From: a virus
IMG/VR virus record: IMGVR_UViG_3300012176_000002
Location: 53,474-117,473 of that record
Reading direction: 5' to 3' (one strand)
Length of the DNA: 64,000 bases
Shown: one piece after another, positions 30,402 to 41,305 of the stretch
Layout of the letters: each line of letters opens with the position of its first letter
Position numbering within the stretch: the stretch's first letter is position 1
Notes under the pieces: generated by a model
What the model saw: only the letters and a program-made list of their open reading frames with translations
Told to the model about the DNA's origin: nothing
Databases searched by the model: none
Translations under genes and position numbers: made by a program

Positions 30402-31562
30402 ATGAATAGAATCCTCGAAATCTCTAAAAAGGCAGCAAGAGGGGGCCGTGTTCCTATAAAAATAGCACTCCTTAAGATTCATGAAGATTCAAAGGAGACA
30501 AATCTGAACGGTATTCACTGGGATGAAACGCATGTTTTAAATGCTATAGAAAGTGCAAAAATGATACCTATTTGTGCAGAATTTTGTGATGAAACCAAGA
30601 GTGCTCCATTAGGGCATGGATTGACTGGGGAAGAACTGACATCGGATGGTATCAAGGAACCAGTATTTGAAAATAGTGAAATAGTAGGGGCAATTGAAAG
30701 TGCAGAAATTGAGACAGTAAGCATTAACGATGTTGATACTAAGGTGTTAACTGGAAAAGGTTTTTTGTACAATCAACGATATCCGAAGTTTGTTAAATGG
30801 GTCAGAAAAAACTTTGCATTGGGAAATGTAGATACATCTGTAGAAATAATGGGGTTGGATTTTAATGATAACAAAATTAAATATTTAGAAGAAAAACCGA
30901 CAGATATATTTAGAACACCAACAGAATTTCTTTTTTCTGGAACAGCTATTTTATCACTGAAACCCTCAGATTCTAATGCTGTTGTTTTGGAGGTAGCTCA
31001 AAAACTTAACAAGGAGGAAATAATAAAAATGGATGAAAAAGAGTTAAAAACATTGATTCAAAACACTATCTCTGAGTGTAATGATAAAACCAATGATTTT
31101 ACTACCAAAATTGAAGATCTTAATTCACAGTTGACAGAAAAAGACAATACCATTTCTGAATTAAATGCGACTGTTGAACAAGTGCAAAAGGCGCTGGATG
31201 ATCTAAAGAAGGAACACGAAACCTATTGGGTTGAAAGAGACGCTCTGGAAAAAGAATTGGGCGCATTGAAGGCACAAGCCAGAATTGGCGAATTGAATGC
31301 TGCTCTTGCTGAGTCCGAATTTACAGAGGAAGAACAGAAGTACGCTGAATCTGAAATTAATGCTTTTAAGGAAAATCCGCTTGAAGGAAATGTAGAAGCA
31401 ATTACTGCAAAGATTTACTCGTGTATTGGACAGGCATCTAAAAAAGCATTGGAAGATGCAAAAGTCGCAGAACAGAATGCAGCAAACAAAAACGATATTA
31501 TTGATATTTTTTCGGAAGTGAACAGTAGCGATACTGATCCGGAAGATACAAATATTTTCTAA
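30402..31562 (+). CDS. prohead protease / scaffold protein
   Basis: PLGHG and TSVE protease-like motifs with a C-terminal coiled coil; between portal and capsid genes. Confidence 0.7.
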   Translation: MNRILEISKKAARGGRVPIKIALLKIHEDSKETNLNGIHWDETHVLNAIESAKMIPICAEFCDETKSAPLGHGLTGEELTSDGIKEPVFENSEIVGAIESAEIETVSINDVDTKVLTGKGFLYNQRYPKFVKWVRKNFALGNVDTSVEIMGLDFNDNKIKYLEEKPTDIFRTPTEFLFSGTAILSLKPSDSNAVVLEVAQKLNKEEIIKMDEKELKTLIQNTISECNDKTNDFTTKIEDLNSQLTEKDNTISELNATVEQVQKALDDLKKEHETYWVERDALEKELGALKAQARIGELNAALAESEFTEEEQKYAESEINAFKENPLEGNVEAITAKIYSCIGQASKKALEDAKVAEQNAANKNDIIDIFSEVNSSDTDPEDTNIF

Positions 31563-31582
31563 ATTTAAGGAGGAAAAATATA

Positions 31583-31996
31583 ATGGTAAGATTTGACAAG
31601 ATTTCCGTTACCGAAAAGGGTTATCCGTTTGTTAAGGCAACCGCAGATGGAGAATATATGAATGGAACATTTGGCACCATTACCGATGGTGTATTTAAAG
31701 CAAGTGCTACTGGCTTTTATGTAATCATGAATGTAGAAAAGGGCGATGATGCAAAATCGGCTGATTACACTGTAAAAAAGGGTGAACAGATTCGCGTTGC
31801 GGATCTTTCTAAGGTAGATGGGGCGATTTTAAACATCACTTCTGAACAGCTGCCAGCTGGCATTAAGGCAAAGGATAAGGCGGTTTCTAAGGCTGATGGT
31901 ACTCTGACTGTTCCTGGTACTGCCCCCACTGTTAAGTACCTTGAAGTTACTGAAGTTACTCGTTTTGGTGTTAATGCCAAAGTCGTTGTAGCTTAA
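31583..31996 (+). CDS. putative head decoration protein
   Basis: Beta-rich 137 aa immediately upstream of the major capsid gene. Confidence 0.6.
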   Translation: MVRFDKISVTEKGYPFVKATADGEYMNGTFGTITDGVFKASATGFYVIMNVEKGDDAKSADYTVKKGEQIRVADLSKVDGAILNITSEQLPAGIKAKDKAVSKADGTLTVPGTAPTVKYLEVTEVTRFGVNAKVVVA

Positions 31997-32019
31997 ATTT
32001 TTGGATGGAGGAAATTTAA

Positions 32020-33123
32020 ATGAATTATTCTTTTGAATTAAATAATGCTAGAAGAGATGAAACATTTGCTACCGGAAAGGTAAATGCACAGTCTCCTATT
32101 GTTGAGATTTTTTCTGCTATGGTAAATGGCGAAGAGGTCGGTAAATTTGGTAAGAAGTCCGATGTAGCTGTTAATTATATTAAAGATCTGGGCGCAAAGG
32201 CTACCAATGGCGATCAGTCTGCAATGTCTGAACTTAATGAAATTAGAAAGTTTGTTATCCAGCCTAGACTTTTGCAAGAGATCAAATTACTGGGGCTGTT
32301 TGGTTCGTATACTCCACTTGCATGGGGTGATACTGCATATCTAGAAACAATTACGTATGAAAATGTAAAGGCTGATATTCAAGCAGAAGGACAGGATGTT
32401 TCTACGGCTTTCGCCCGAAAGGTAAAAACTCCACTAGCCCCTATTACGATTTCTGGTGGTCACAAAGCAGATTATAGAGAATTAGCACTTGGGGATATGG
32501 CAACTGAAAATACCCTGATGAATGAAGTTCGGCAGGAAATCAGGAATAAGGCTGTACTGTATATCCTGGAAACGGTGTTTAAAGCAATTGAAGCTGCTGA
32601 TGGTGTAAAATACTTTTATGAAAATGCTGGTTTAGCAAAAGCAAGTGTTGATAGTTTGTTAACCAATATTAGACGCTATGGAAAGCCAAATGTAAACGGG
32701 GATTATGCTATTCTTGCACAATTTTTACCATGGATTGGTTATGCTGGTACAATCGGCTCGAATGCTATTACTGGCGTATCTCAGAAGTTACTGGATGAGA
32801 TTGCTGATACTGGACTCATTGGTACATATAATGGTGCTGTATTGTCTGAAATTCCGAATGGTTATAACTTCAATAAGTTGACTTCTGATGGTAAGAATTA
32901 TGATACGCTGCTTCCTGCCGGACTAGCTTTCGTAACCCCTACTGCTCCTGTTGGTGGTGTTGCGCCAATTCAGACGTTCTCCATTGGTGGACTTACATCT
33001 TTCAGTGGTAACTCTGTTTCTAGTGGTGAAGTGTTTAACAGATTTGATTTAAGCATTGCTGCTGGCGTTGCACAGACTGATGCTGTAGGAATTATCCACG
33101 ATTCAAATCTCGATTCCCTGTAA
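32020..33123 (+). CDS. major capsid protein
   Basis: 367 aa, synteny, high-expression codon usage, strong downstream terminator. Confidence 0.8.
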   Translation: MNYSFELNNARRDETFATGKVNAQSPIVEIFSAMVNGEEVGKFGKKSDVAVNYIKDLGAKATNGDQSAMSELNEIRKFVIQPRLLQEIKLLGLFGSYTPLAWGDTAYLETITYENVKADIQAEGQDVSTAFARKVKTPLAPITISGGHKADYRELALGDMATENTLMNEVRQEIRNKAVLYILETVFKAIEAADGVKYFYENAGLAKASVDSLLTNIRRYGKPNVNGDYAILAQFLPWIGYAGTIGSNAITGVSQKLLDEIADTGLIGTYNGAVLSEIPNGYNFNKLTSDGKNYDTLLPAGLAFVTPTAPVGGVAPIQTFSIGGLTSFSGNSVSSGEVFNRFDLSIAAGVAQTDAVGIIHDSNLDSL

Positions 33124-33188
33124 TCAAAATAATTAGCTATTAAGAGGGTGGTAATTCTGCTACCCTCTTTTAGATTGGAATTAATTAA

Positions 33189-33374
33189 ATGGATAATAAT
33201 TATTTCTATTGCTACTCAACCAGAATGAACTTTTTCTTAATGGCACTAAAGTTTAGATACATTTCTTCGGGCATCAATAAGAATACAAATAAGAAATATT
33301 GGATGTATAGTAAATCATCAGAGTTAGATTCTGCCATTGAATTATACGGCTCTGTAAAACACAACTTTAATTGA
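33189..33374 (+). CDS. small hypothetical protein (DUF5659-like)
   Basis: FYCYS...KYWMY pattern. Confidence 0.6.
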   Translation: MDNNYFYCYSTRMNFFLMALKFRYISSGINKNTNKKYWMYSKSSELDSAIELYGSVKHNFN

Positions 33375-33406
33375 AATATGTAAAATTAGTCGAAAGGAAT
33401 TTCAAA

Positions 33407-33880
33407 ATGATCGAAATTAACATGGACGAAAAAGTAACAGTCTTAAATCTTGCGCCTTGGAATGTTGCATTCCCGAATGCTATTGGTCGGGGCGATACAA
33501 GTTTTCCACCTTCAGCAAGAGTTAGGGTTAAAAGGGAGGAACTTGTAGACCAGATTAGTGCTGGCAATAAACTACTCGCAGGTTTTGATTCTTATGGTTC
33601 TCATGCAACTCTTTATATTGAAGATGTTGACACTAGAAAATATCTTGAGTTTGACTCAGAGGATGGCAAGAGAACTCAAAATGTTATATGTAAAGAAAAA
33701 ATAACAAAGTGGTTTGAAATAAAAACTAAGGCATCATTTGAAAAAACTATAAAGCAAAATGTAATTACTAGAGCAGAAAAACAGTTTTTATTAAAAACCA
33801 TTAAAGATTTGAAATTGGATTCTTACGAGAAGATTGAATTTTGTAAAGAATATTGCAAGTTTTCTTTGAGGGGAGTCTAG
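33407..33880 (+). CDS. hypothetical virion-module protein
   Basis: AAAGGA SD; synteny. Confidence 0.7.
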   Translation: MIEINMDEKVTVLNLAPWNVAFPNAIGRGDTSFPPSARVRVKREELVDQISAGNKLLAGFDSYGSHATLYIEDVDTRKYLEFDSEDGKRTQNVICKEKITKWFEIKTKASFEKTIKQNVITRAEKQFLLKTIKDLKLDSYEKIEFCKEYCKFSLRGV

Positions 33881-33892
33881 GAAGGATAGACT

Positions 33893-34294
33893 ATGGCAAA
33901 TACACTTGCTCAAGAAGTATACGATTCTTTTGAATCAACATTCTCAGATAAAAAGGAAATTTATGAGTCGTTAGAACTTCAATGGTTAAAGGCAGCAATC
34001 GGTAGATATAATATGGAAATTGCCATAGACGAACCATTGAAATTTGACCCAGAACTTTTAACTTTTAGTGAAGAACTTGATCAGTATGTTATTGATACAT
34101 TGGGGCAAATGATTAGACAACTGTACCAAGAGAGAGAATATTCAAGAGTCACTAAAATAGCTTCTATTGTTGGCAAAGAACTATCTGTTAATGGCACAAA
34201 CGGGTTGCAAAAATATTCAAAAGATGAATTGGCGTACCATGAATCTAAAACATCGGATATGATCGAAAATCAAAAGCCTACAGCACTAATATAG
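33893..34294 (+). CDS. putative head-tail adaptor
   Basis: Size and position after the capsid gene. Confidence 0.6.
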   Translation: MANTLAQEVYDSFESTFSDKKEIYESLELQWLKAAIGRYNMEIAIDEPLKFDPELLTFSEELDQYVIDTLGQMIRQLYQEREYSRVTKIASIVGKELSVNGTNGLQKYSKDELAYHESKTSDMIENQKPTALI

Positions 34295-34304
34295 GAGGTG
34301 GCGA

Positions 34305-35366
34305 ATGAAAGAATGGTATTTATCTACACCTCAACCTAATATTTGTAGTGGCTACGAATCAGATGTAATATCTGAGTATGCTCAATCTAATTTTACTGAT
34401 GTTTTAGAAACAGATTTTTCAGATACTGTTATTTTATATAACAGCGACTTATCAGAATCTAAAAAGGTACAATGTATAATACAAAATAACACAGCTAACA
34501 CACAGATAAAATCTTTAGAAAGAACTATACTATTCCCAATTGGAACATCCGTTGCTGGGCTATACGTCTATTTTGATGGTGCCTACTGGCTTTTAACTGG
34601 GTACCCGGGGAACAACAAGGTATACGAAAAAATAACTGCAAACCTATGTGAATTTAAGTTAAGATGGCAAAATTCAGACGGAAAAATTATTGAGAGATGG
34701 GTCTATTCGGTAGATTTTACAAAGTATTCTAGCGGTACAATTGGTAATAAAACAATTACTGTTGGAGACAACCAATATGGACTAACCATTCCTATAGATT
34801 CGGAGTCTAAAAAACTTGATAGAGATATGCGGTTTGCTATTGATTTTGATGATGCTTTAATCCCCGATACATATAAGTTAAGTAATCGCAAGGTGTTTTT
34901 GAATAATTACCAGAGTTCAAAAAAAGGTGGAACACTAATTTTAACATTATCATTTAATGTTTTTAATCCGAGTACAGATAAACACATCTTATTGGATAGC
35001 GGTGAAGAAGTTTGGATAGCTGACTACATAAAGCCTACTGCTCTCCCACCCCGCTCCGATGAAAGTAACGATTCATTGGCTGAAATTTCGTGCAAATCTC
35101 CAATAGTTAAAATAGGTGCACTGCCTAGTAGATTTTATGCTATTTTTAGAGATGAAAATGGCAGCGAAGTAGAAGGGGTTGATTCTGTGTGGGGCATTGA
35201 ATCAGATTTTGATGACAAGCTTATATCCACAATAGATAACTCGTGTATTATGATAAGTGTTAATGATATGAATCTTGTAGGTGAAAAATTCAAGCTTACA
35301 TTATCAGACTCGGATGGTATGTTTGACCCATTTGAGTTAATTGTTTTAATTGAAACAATATTTTAG
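34305..35366 (+). CDS. putative head closure protein
   Basis: Synteny; GGAGGTG SD. Confidence 0.6.
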   Translation: MKEWYLSTPQPNICSGYESDVISEYAQSNFTDVLETDFSDTVILYNSDLSESKKVQCIIQNNTANTQIKSLERTILFPIGTSVAGLYVYFDGAYWLLTGYPGNNKVYEKITANLCEFKLRWQNSDGKIIERWVYSVDFTKYSSGTIGNKTITVGDNQYGLTIPIDSESKKLDRDMRFAIDFDDALIPDTYKLSNRKVFLNNYQSSKKGGTLILTLSFNVFNPSTDKHILLDSGEEVWIADYIKPTALPPRSDESNDSLAEISCKSPIVKIGALPSRFYAIFRDENGSEVEGVDSVWGIESDFDDKLISTIDNSCIMISVNDMNLVGEKFKLTLSDSDGMFDPFELIVLIETIF

Positions 35367-35381
35367 AGGAGGAGGACACAT

Positions 35382-35876
35382 ATGCCAAATAGTTCAACAA
35401 TTTCCTCTTTAAAAAATAAAATCATGAAGTCTATGGTTAACAACGAGACTCTATTTTATGCAATAAACAGTCCAACAATAAAAAATTTTGAAAATGCATC
35501 AGAATTAGCCTATACCCATATTTTCCCGTACGCACAAAACCCTGAAACGATTAAAGACGCTATAACCTTCATTACAATAGAAGTTGACGTTTTAGAAGCT
35601 TATGGCCCCGACCAGCAATGGGTTAAACCCACTCTAATAATAAATATTATATCAAGTGAAAAGTGTATGAAAGTATCAAATATCCCAAAAGTTACAGCCA
35701 ATAGAAATGATTATATATCTCAGTTGATAGACAATATGTTCAACGGGCGTATGGACTTAGGATACGGGCCTCTTACATTATTTAGGAATACTGGTGGATC
35801 TTTAATGTCGGGATATTTGTATAGGAATATGGTATTTAAGACTAAAGATTTTAATGATTCATTGTGTGGTAAGTAG
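35382..35876 (+). CDS. putative tail terminator / neck protein
   Basis: Synteny; GAGGAGG SD. Confidence 0.6.
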   Translation: MPNSSTISSLKNKIMKSMVNNETLFYAINSPTIKNFENASELAYTHIFPYAQNPETIKDAITFITIEVDVLEAYGPDQQWVKPTLIINIISSEKCMKVSNIPKVTANRNDYISQLIDNMFNGRMDLGYGPLTLFRNTGGSLMSGYLYRNMVFKTKDFNDSLCGK

Positions 35877-35877
35877 T

Positions 35878-36609
35878 ATGAACTATAATGATGATTTGAG
35901 AATATTCCGTGGGGAAGATTTTATAGTAAATGATCACATGAAAATACGCCAGCCTACGCTTGGTGAAATATGTGACTTTGGGGAACGAAAGTATTTTTCA
36001 TTAGTCCACAACATTACAGCCACTCCAACTGATTGTAAATACCAATTATCACAGAGCGGTCTGGACTGGAATGTGGTAGATGACTTCGAATTATTTATAA
36101 TGATCTATCGAAGCCTTGATTTTGAAGACACCCGTATACTGTTTGGAGATTTAAATTTTCAAGATTATGTACTTGCGAAAAATAGCCAAAACGAAGAAAT
36201 CTGTTTGCTCAACGAGAATACTGGTAGCATTATTGACAAGTCAATCTATGAAATAATAGTGGATTATATTCGAAGCGCCCATTATATTAGCAAGAATGTT
36301 GAAAGAGCAATGACGGAGACGACAAAAGATGTGCTATTGGAAGAGGCAAAAGAAATCTTTGAAATGTCTCAAGATAAAGAGTACAAATCATATTTAGTCC
36401 CGTTGATATCTACCTTACTAAATATGCCCGGCTTTAATTATACTCATTCGAGCGTGTGGGATTTAAAAATTAATGCATTTATGGATTCTGTTGGACGGAT
36501 GCAAAAAATCAAGAATGTTGATCTTCTCTTACAGGGTGGATACTCTGGGGGAATAGATCTTAAAAAAGTAAACAAAAAGGAACTAAACTACTTTTCCGAG
36601 CTTGGCTAG
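35878..36609 (+). CDS. conserved tail-module protein
   Basis: ORF; start moved to MNYNDD. Confidence 0.65.
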   Translation: MNYNDDLRIFRGEDFIVNDHMKIRQPTLGEICDFGERKYFSLVHNITATPTDCKYQLSQSGLDWNVVDDFELFIMIYRSLDFEDTRILFGDLNFQDYVLAKNSQNEEICLLNENTGSIIDKSIYEIIVDYIRSAHYISKNVERAMTETTKDVLLEEAKEIFEMSQDKEYKSYLVPLISTLLNMPGFNYTHSSVWDLKINAFMDSVGRMQKIKNVDLLLQGGYSGGIDLKKVNKKELNYFSELG

Positions 36610-36642
36610 GAGAGTTTTTTTATTATAAGGAGGATTTTAACT

Positions 36643-37431
36643 ATGTCATTTGATTTAAACAATTTCGTAATTGACCGTGTACGCAGAGGCACGATGTTTA
36701 GTGATACGACCGGAGAAGTTCTGTGGTCAATTACTCAGGTGAAGGACGCATCTCTTAAAATGAGTGGTGAAACTGTAGATGCGACGGATGCCATTGGTTC
36801 TATTATCACGCAGTTTGACCGCGCAAAGAATGCGGAATTTACCGGCAGCAATGCTCTGTGGGATCTTGGACTGTCTGCGGCTCAGTTTGGTGGCAAGAAA
36901 GAGATCGCCAGTACTGGTAATACGATCCCGACGCCAGCATATGAGCAGTTAGTGGTAAGTGGTGGAAAGGTCATTCTTTCTAAGATTCCCGTAGGTACGA
37001 CTGGCTCCGAGATTAAGTACATCTATGCGCTGAATGGGGACTCCACTCTTGGCACTAAGTATAGCCTAGGGACTACTATTTCTGCTACGGAATTTACTTT
37101 GAATGCCGCAACGAAGACCATTACGGTTCCGACTGGCGTAACTGGAAATATTGCAGTATTTTATGATTATGCTGCAACAGAAGCAATTATGCTTCAGAAT
37201 AATGCAGTAGACTTCCCTGCCTCTGGACGGTTTGTTTTAGAGGTTATTGGCAAAGACACCTGCGACAAGACCGCTACCTATGTGGCTACGGTTGTATTCC
37301 CCAATGCTAAACTCAAGATTGACTCTGATTTGAGTTTCCAGACCGATTCCGGTCATTCTTTCACAATGACCATGATGCAGGATTATTGTGATCTTCAAAA
37401 GAAGCTGTTCAATATTTATATCGCGAAATAA
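36643..37431 (+). CDS. major tail tube protein
   Basis: FVIDR N-terminus, 262 aa, beta-rich, flanked by hairpin terminators. Confidence 0.78.
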   Translation: MSFDLNNFVIDRVRRGTMFSDTTGEVLWSITQVKDASLKMSGETVDATDAIGSIITQFDRAKNAEFTGSNALWDLGLSAAQFGGKKEIASTGNTIPTPAYEQLVVSGGKVILSKIPVGTTGSEIKYIYALNGDSTLGTKYSLGTTISATEFTLNAATKTITVPTGVTGNIAVFYDYAATEAIMLQNNAVDFPASGRFVLEVIGKDTCDKTATYVATVVFPNAKLKIDSDLSFQTDSGHSFTMTMMQDYCDLQKKLFNIYIAK

Positions 37432-37486
37432 TTTATAGAATAAAGAGGGGATAGAGATATCTCCTCTTTTCATAAAGGAGTTAAGT

Positions 37487-37783
37487 ATGGAAAAAGCAAA
37501 TCATTGGTGTTCTGTATGCGGTAAGGGATATTGGGCTTGTGATACTTGCACGGAAATTAAAAGTTTCACCCCGTGGCGTTCTATTACGGATTCAATTGAG
37601 CACTATAAAATTCATCTACTCGTAACCGACTATCTTAATGGAAACATTAAAAAAGAGGAGGCGGGTAAGAAGTTAAAAGATATTAGCTACGATCTTCTTG
37701 ACTTAAAAGAGGGCGTTAGAGATGTTATTAAAGAAATTCTTTCGACTACGGATATGTATCGCAAGAATAATTTCAAGAAGTAA
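37487..37783 (+). CDS. small zinc-binding tail-module protein
   Basis: CSVCGKGYWACDTC...WR. Confidence 0.7.
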   Translation: MEKANHWCSVCGKGYWACDTCTEIKSFTPWRSITDSIEHYKIHLLVTDYLNGNIKKEEAGKKLKDISYDLLDLKEGVRDVIKEILSTTDMYRKNNFKK

Positions 37784-37906
37784 AATTTTGAATAGTTAAT
37801 TAGTGTGGTTTTAATCATAGGGATATACACATCTATTCAAAATTGTTTTGAGTATTTTATGTATATCCCTATTTTTTACAAATTTTAAGGAGAAGGAGGG
37901 ATTGTT

Positions 37907-38113
37907 ATTTTTACGATTAGTGACACAACAGGAAAGAGATATGAACCAGAATCTTGCGTATTTTTTAAAAATGCCAAGCAGTCTGCAAGCTATGTACTTT
38001 GGGGTGCGACATTATTAGATGTGTTCCCCACCAGTGATAAAATTTTTGTATTTGTATTCTCAAAAGAAGACCATGATAAATATAGAAAAAAGTGGAATAA
38101 TTATGGCGAATAA
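37907..38113 (+). CDS. small protein (68 aa), ATT start
   Basis: Read manually: MFTISDTTGKRYEPESCVFFKNAKQSASYVLWGATLLDVF...; AGGAGG SD 7 nt upstream; stop overlaps the next gene. Confidence 0.7.
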   Translation: MFTISDTTGKRYEPESCVFFKNAKQSASYVLWGATLLDVFPTSDKIFVFVFSKEDHDKYRKKWNNYGE

Positions 38114-38591
38114 TCTGGCTGCATCAGAAGGTGTCAAAAGAACAAAATTTAATGTAAACAAAGATGTAAGTAGACGTACCCATAATGATATCATTTTTGA
38201 TTCTGAGATGGAAATGGAATATTTCAGGGATGTAATTATTCCTTCATTTGAAAGTGGGATAATTATATATTTTGAATTACAAAAACCATATGAATTATTA
38301 CCAAGATTTATACATATGGGAATTACTGTTCAGCCTATTAAATATGTGGCTGATTTTTTTATTCGCTACAAAGATGGGCGTGAAGAAGTAATTGACATTA
38401 AAGGATACCCCGATAGTGTTGCGCTTATAAAAAGAAAAATGTTTTGGTATAACTACCCAACTGTTGCTTATAGGTGGGTCTGTCATAGCGCCATTGATGG
38501 CGGCTGGTGTGATTATGATTATGTAAAAAAGCAACGCTCAATAAGGAAAAAGCAAAAAAAATTAAAAAAATTGGAGGAAGAGAATGGCTGA
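38103..38591 (+). CDS. DUF1064-like PD-(D/E)XK nuclease
   Basis: FDSEME, ELQKPYEL, YVADF, VIDIKG motifs. Confidence 0.75.
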   Translation: MANNLAASEGVKRTKFNVNKDVSRRTHNDIIFDSEMEMEYFRDVIIPSFESGIIIYFELQKPYELLPRFIHMGITVQPIKYVADFFIRYKDGREEVIDIKGYPDSVALIKRKMFWYNYPTVAYRWVCHSAIDGGWCDYDYVKKQRSIRKKQKKLKKLEEENG

Positions 38592-39084
38592 AAAGATTTT
38601 AAACTTAGTTGATTACATCACGTTCATAAAAACAGTGGTGGACTATGTTATTGAATATGACGAAATAAATGGGGATATCTTGTATTCACCAGAATTACTA
38701 TTCCCCGCAATACAATGTTGTACGGCAACTTACTATAATGATTTCGATGAAACCGGGGATGAAAATGCAGATTATGAAGCCTATATTACCGCAAAGCGTC
38801 CCACTACTGCACAATATGAATCCATGATAAAAGCAATCGAGGAAAAAATTGAGTTTGAGAAAAACAAGTTAATCTTTAAAAAACAGGATAGCTTGACGGA
38901 ACTTCTTGGCACAGTTAACGATAAAATTGGGGAAATTGATATGAAGGCGGTTAATAAATCTATCAAACAATTCTTGCCTAAAGTAAAGAATTTTGATCTA
39001 AATAAATTATTCAAAGGAGTTATAGAAGAAAAGACAGATCAAATGCATGATGCAAGAAACGTGCTCTCCATCAAGAAGGAATAA
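38584..39084 (+). CDS. putative tail assembly chaperone
   Basis: Helical protein upstream of the tape measure gene. Confidence 0.5.
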   Translation: MAEKILNLVDYITFIKTVVDYVIEYDEINGDILYSPELLFPAIQCCTATYYNDFDETGDENADYEAYITAKRPTTAQYESMIKAIEEKIEFEKNKLIFKKQDSLTELLGTVNDKIGEIDMKAVNKSIKQFLPKVKNFDLNKLFKGVIEEKTDQMHDARNVLSIKKE

Positions 39085-39087
39085 ATT

Positions 39088-39504
39088 ATGGCAGCATTCA
39101 ATAGTACAGGCGCACTAGAGGCATATATAAAATCAGCGCTCAATATTGCAATGAAGAATGTGTGTGGAATAATGGCAGATAAACTTACACAGCATATTCA
39201 AGCCGATTATTATGACCAATATTCCCCCAGGATATATAAGCGTACATATCAATTTCTGGATAGCGTTGTCTATAATATGTTAGGATCTGGGTATGGGGAA
39301 GTATTTGTCAATACTGGCTCCATGAATTATGAAGACGCCACTGGACAATATGTTGCTGATTTAGCTTCTATGGGGCTTCATGGTAATCCGGGGATACAAA
39401 CATCTGGTAGATTTTTTGATTCATTCTTAGACGAATGTAATAAAGCTTTCATCATAAATCAACTAAAAATAGAATTAGGGAAACAAGGTATCAAAGTAAT
39501 ATAG
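39088..39504 (+). CDS. putative tail completion protein
   Basis: Y..Y.P..YKRTY motif; directly upstream of the tape measure gene. Confidence 0.55.
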   Translation: MAAFNSTGALEAYIKSALNIAMKNVCGIMADKLTQHIQADYYDQYSPRIYKRTYQFLDSVVYNMLGSGYGEVFVNTGSMNYEDATGQYVADLASMGLHGNPGIQTSGRFFDSFLDECNKAFIINQLKIELGKQGIKVI

Positions 39505-39574
39505 TACTCCGCTGTCGGGGTATTTTTTAATTCACAGACATCTCAATTTGAGATGGGGAAAGAGGTGGTGATGA

Positions 39575-41305
39575 ATGCCTGATTTAAAAATTTTAGCGGG
39601 AGTAGAACTAGAAAGTAATGCAATTAATACTCTCCGATCACAGTTGTCCGGCATAAAAGATGTAGTCTTGAAGGTTGATAAAATAGAAATTTCAAGTGCC
39701 GCCCTGAATAGTATTCGTTCTCAGGTATCTAGGTCTGGGCCTGAAATGGCTAGTGTTGGAACCGAATTAGGGAACCAAATTAGTGCAGGAATCAGTAGGG
39801 CGACCAGAAATATAAAGATCAATGTAAACAGTTCAGAAATTGATAAGTTAAGATCTGCATTAAGCTTAAAAGGTGTTGATACCCAAACTATTAGTGATAT
39901 TACTAATAGATTATCAAATCTTGATGTTCAAATAAAGAAAATTTCAACATCGTTTAAATCTGCTGACGGAAAAAATCTTTTATCACAAATCAATATATCT
40001 GCAATTAATCAACTAGGAAATGCAGTAGAAGTTATTGATAAATACAACCAAAAGACCGGGGAACTTACTTCCACTAATACAAGAGTATCTACTAGTTTTG
40101 ATCAAGTTGCTAGTGCCGCGGAAAAAGCGGCTGAACGAGAAAGAGTTGCCGCTGAAAAGGCAGCTAATGCAACTGAAAAGGCAGCTGCAAAAAAACAAGC
40201 TAGTATTCAATCTCAGATACAATCCGCAATTGACACTAATTCATTCGCCGCCAGCTTTGCCGGAATAGACGCTCAATTAAAAAGAGTTGGCGAATCGTCT
40301 CAATATTTGGATCAGAACTTCCAAAATACACTAAGAACGCTTGATGGATTTCGAGGCTTTAATTGGGATACAGTTAAAGGAAACCCTGAACAGGCTGCGA
40401 CTGCATGGAATTCATATAATACATCTTTAAAAAATGCCAGAAACACTTTGACTGCGGCCATAAGAGAGCAGTCCACTTTTGTTAATGGGCTAGAGAGAAT
40501 GAGAGCCATCTCTAGTATGGAGGCGTGGCTAAATAAAAATTCTGCCGCCAGTGCTCGATTCGGAGACCAGATAAAAAATATCATTACGCAATTAAAAACT
40601 GCCGATAGAACACAGTTTGATAATCTAAAGAATCAGTTTGCGATAGTTAAAGACCAAGCGGAAGCACTGAACATGACTGGTAGAAGTTTTTCCAGCGAAA
40701 TGAAGAACATGTTCTCAAAATTTTCAAGTTGGTTTAGCGTCGCTACTGTTGTCATGCAGAGTATTCGTGGCATTAAGCAAATGGTATCTGATGTTCATGC
40801 CATTGATACGGCATTAACAGATTTATATAAGGTAACGGATAACACTAGTACCCAATACGCTCAATTTTTTAAAGAAGCTTCAGCGAATGCAAAAGAGTAC
40901 GGAAGTACTATTAAAGATATGATCGCTTCCACCGCTGATTTTGCTAGGTTGGGGTACAGCCTGCAAGAAGCGTCTGTATTGGCGAAATCTGCAAATATTT
41001 ATAAAAACGTCGGGGACATTTCTGTTGAAGAGGGAACCAAGAGCATCATTAGTACATCCGCTGCTTGGCGCGAATATAAAAATGATCCAATGGCAATTGT
41101 CGATAAGTTTAATGAAGTTGGAAATAACTACGCAATTTCTTCAGAACAAATAGGAGAGGCCCTACAACGATCTGCCGCTTCGTTAATGGCAGCAGGAAAT
41201 GATTTAGATCAATCTATAGCAATTATTACAGCTGCAAATACAGTCGTACAAGACGCATCCGTTACCGGAACTGCAGTAAAAACCATGGCAATGCGCTTAA
41301 GGGGT
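39575..41305 (+). CDS. tail tape measure protein, exon 1
   Basis: TP901-type TMP domain motifs (DKFNEVGNNYAIS, L.RSAASL, TMAMRLRG). Confidence 0.88.
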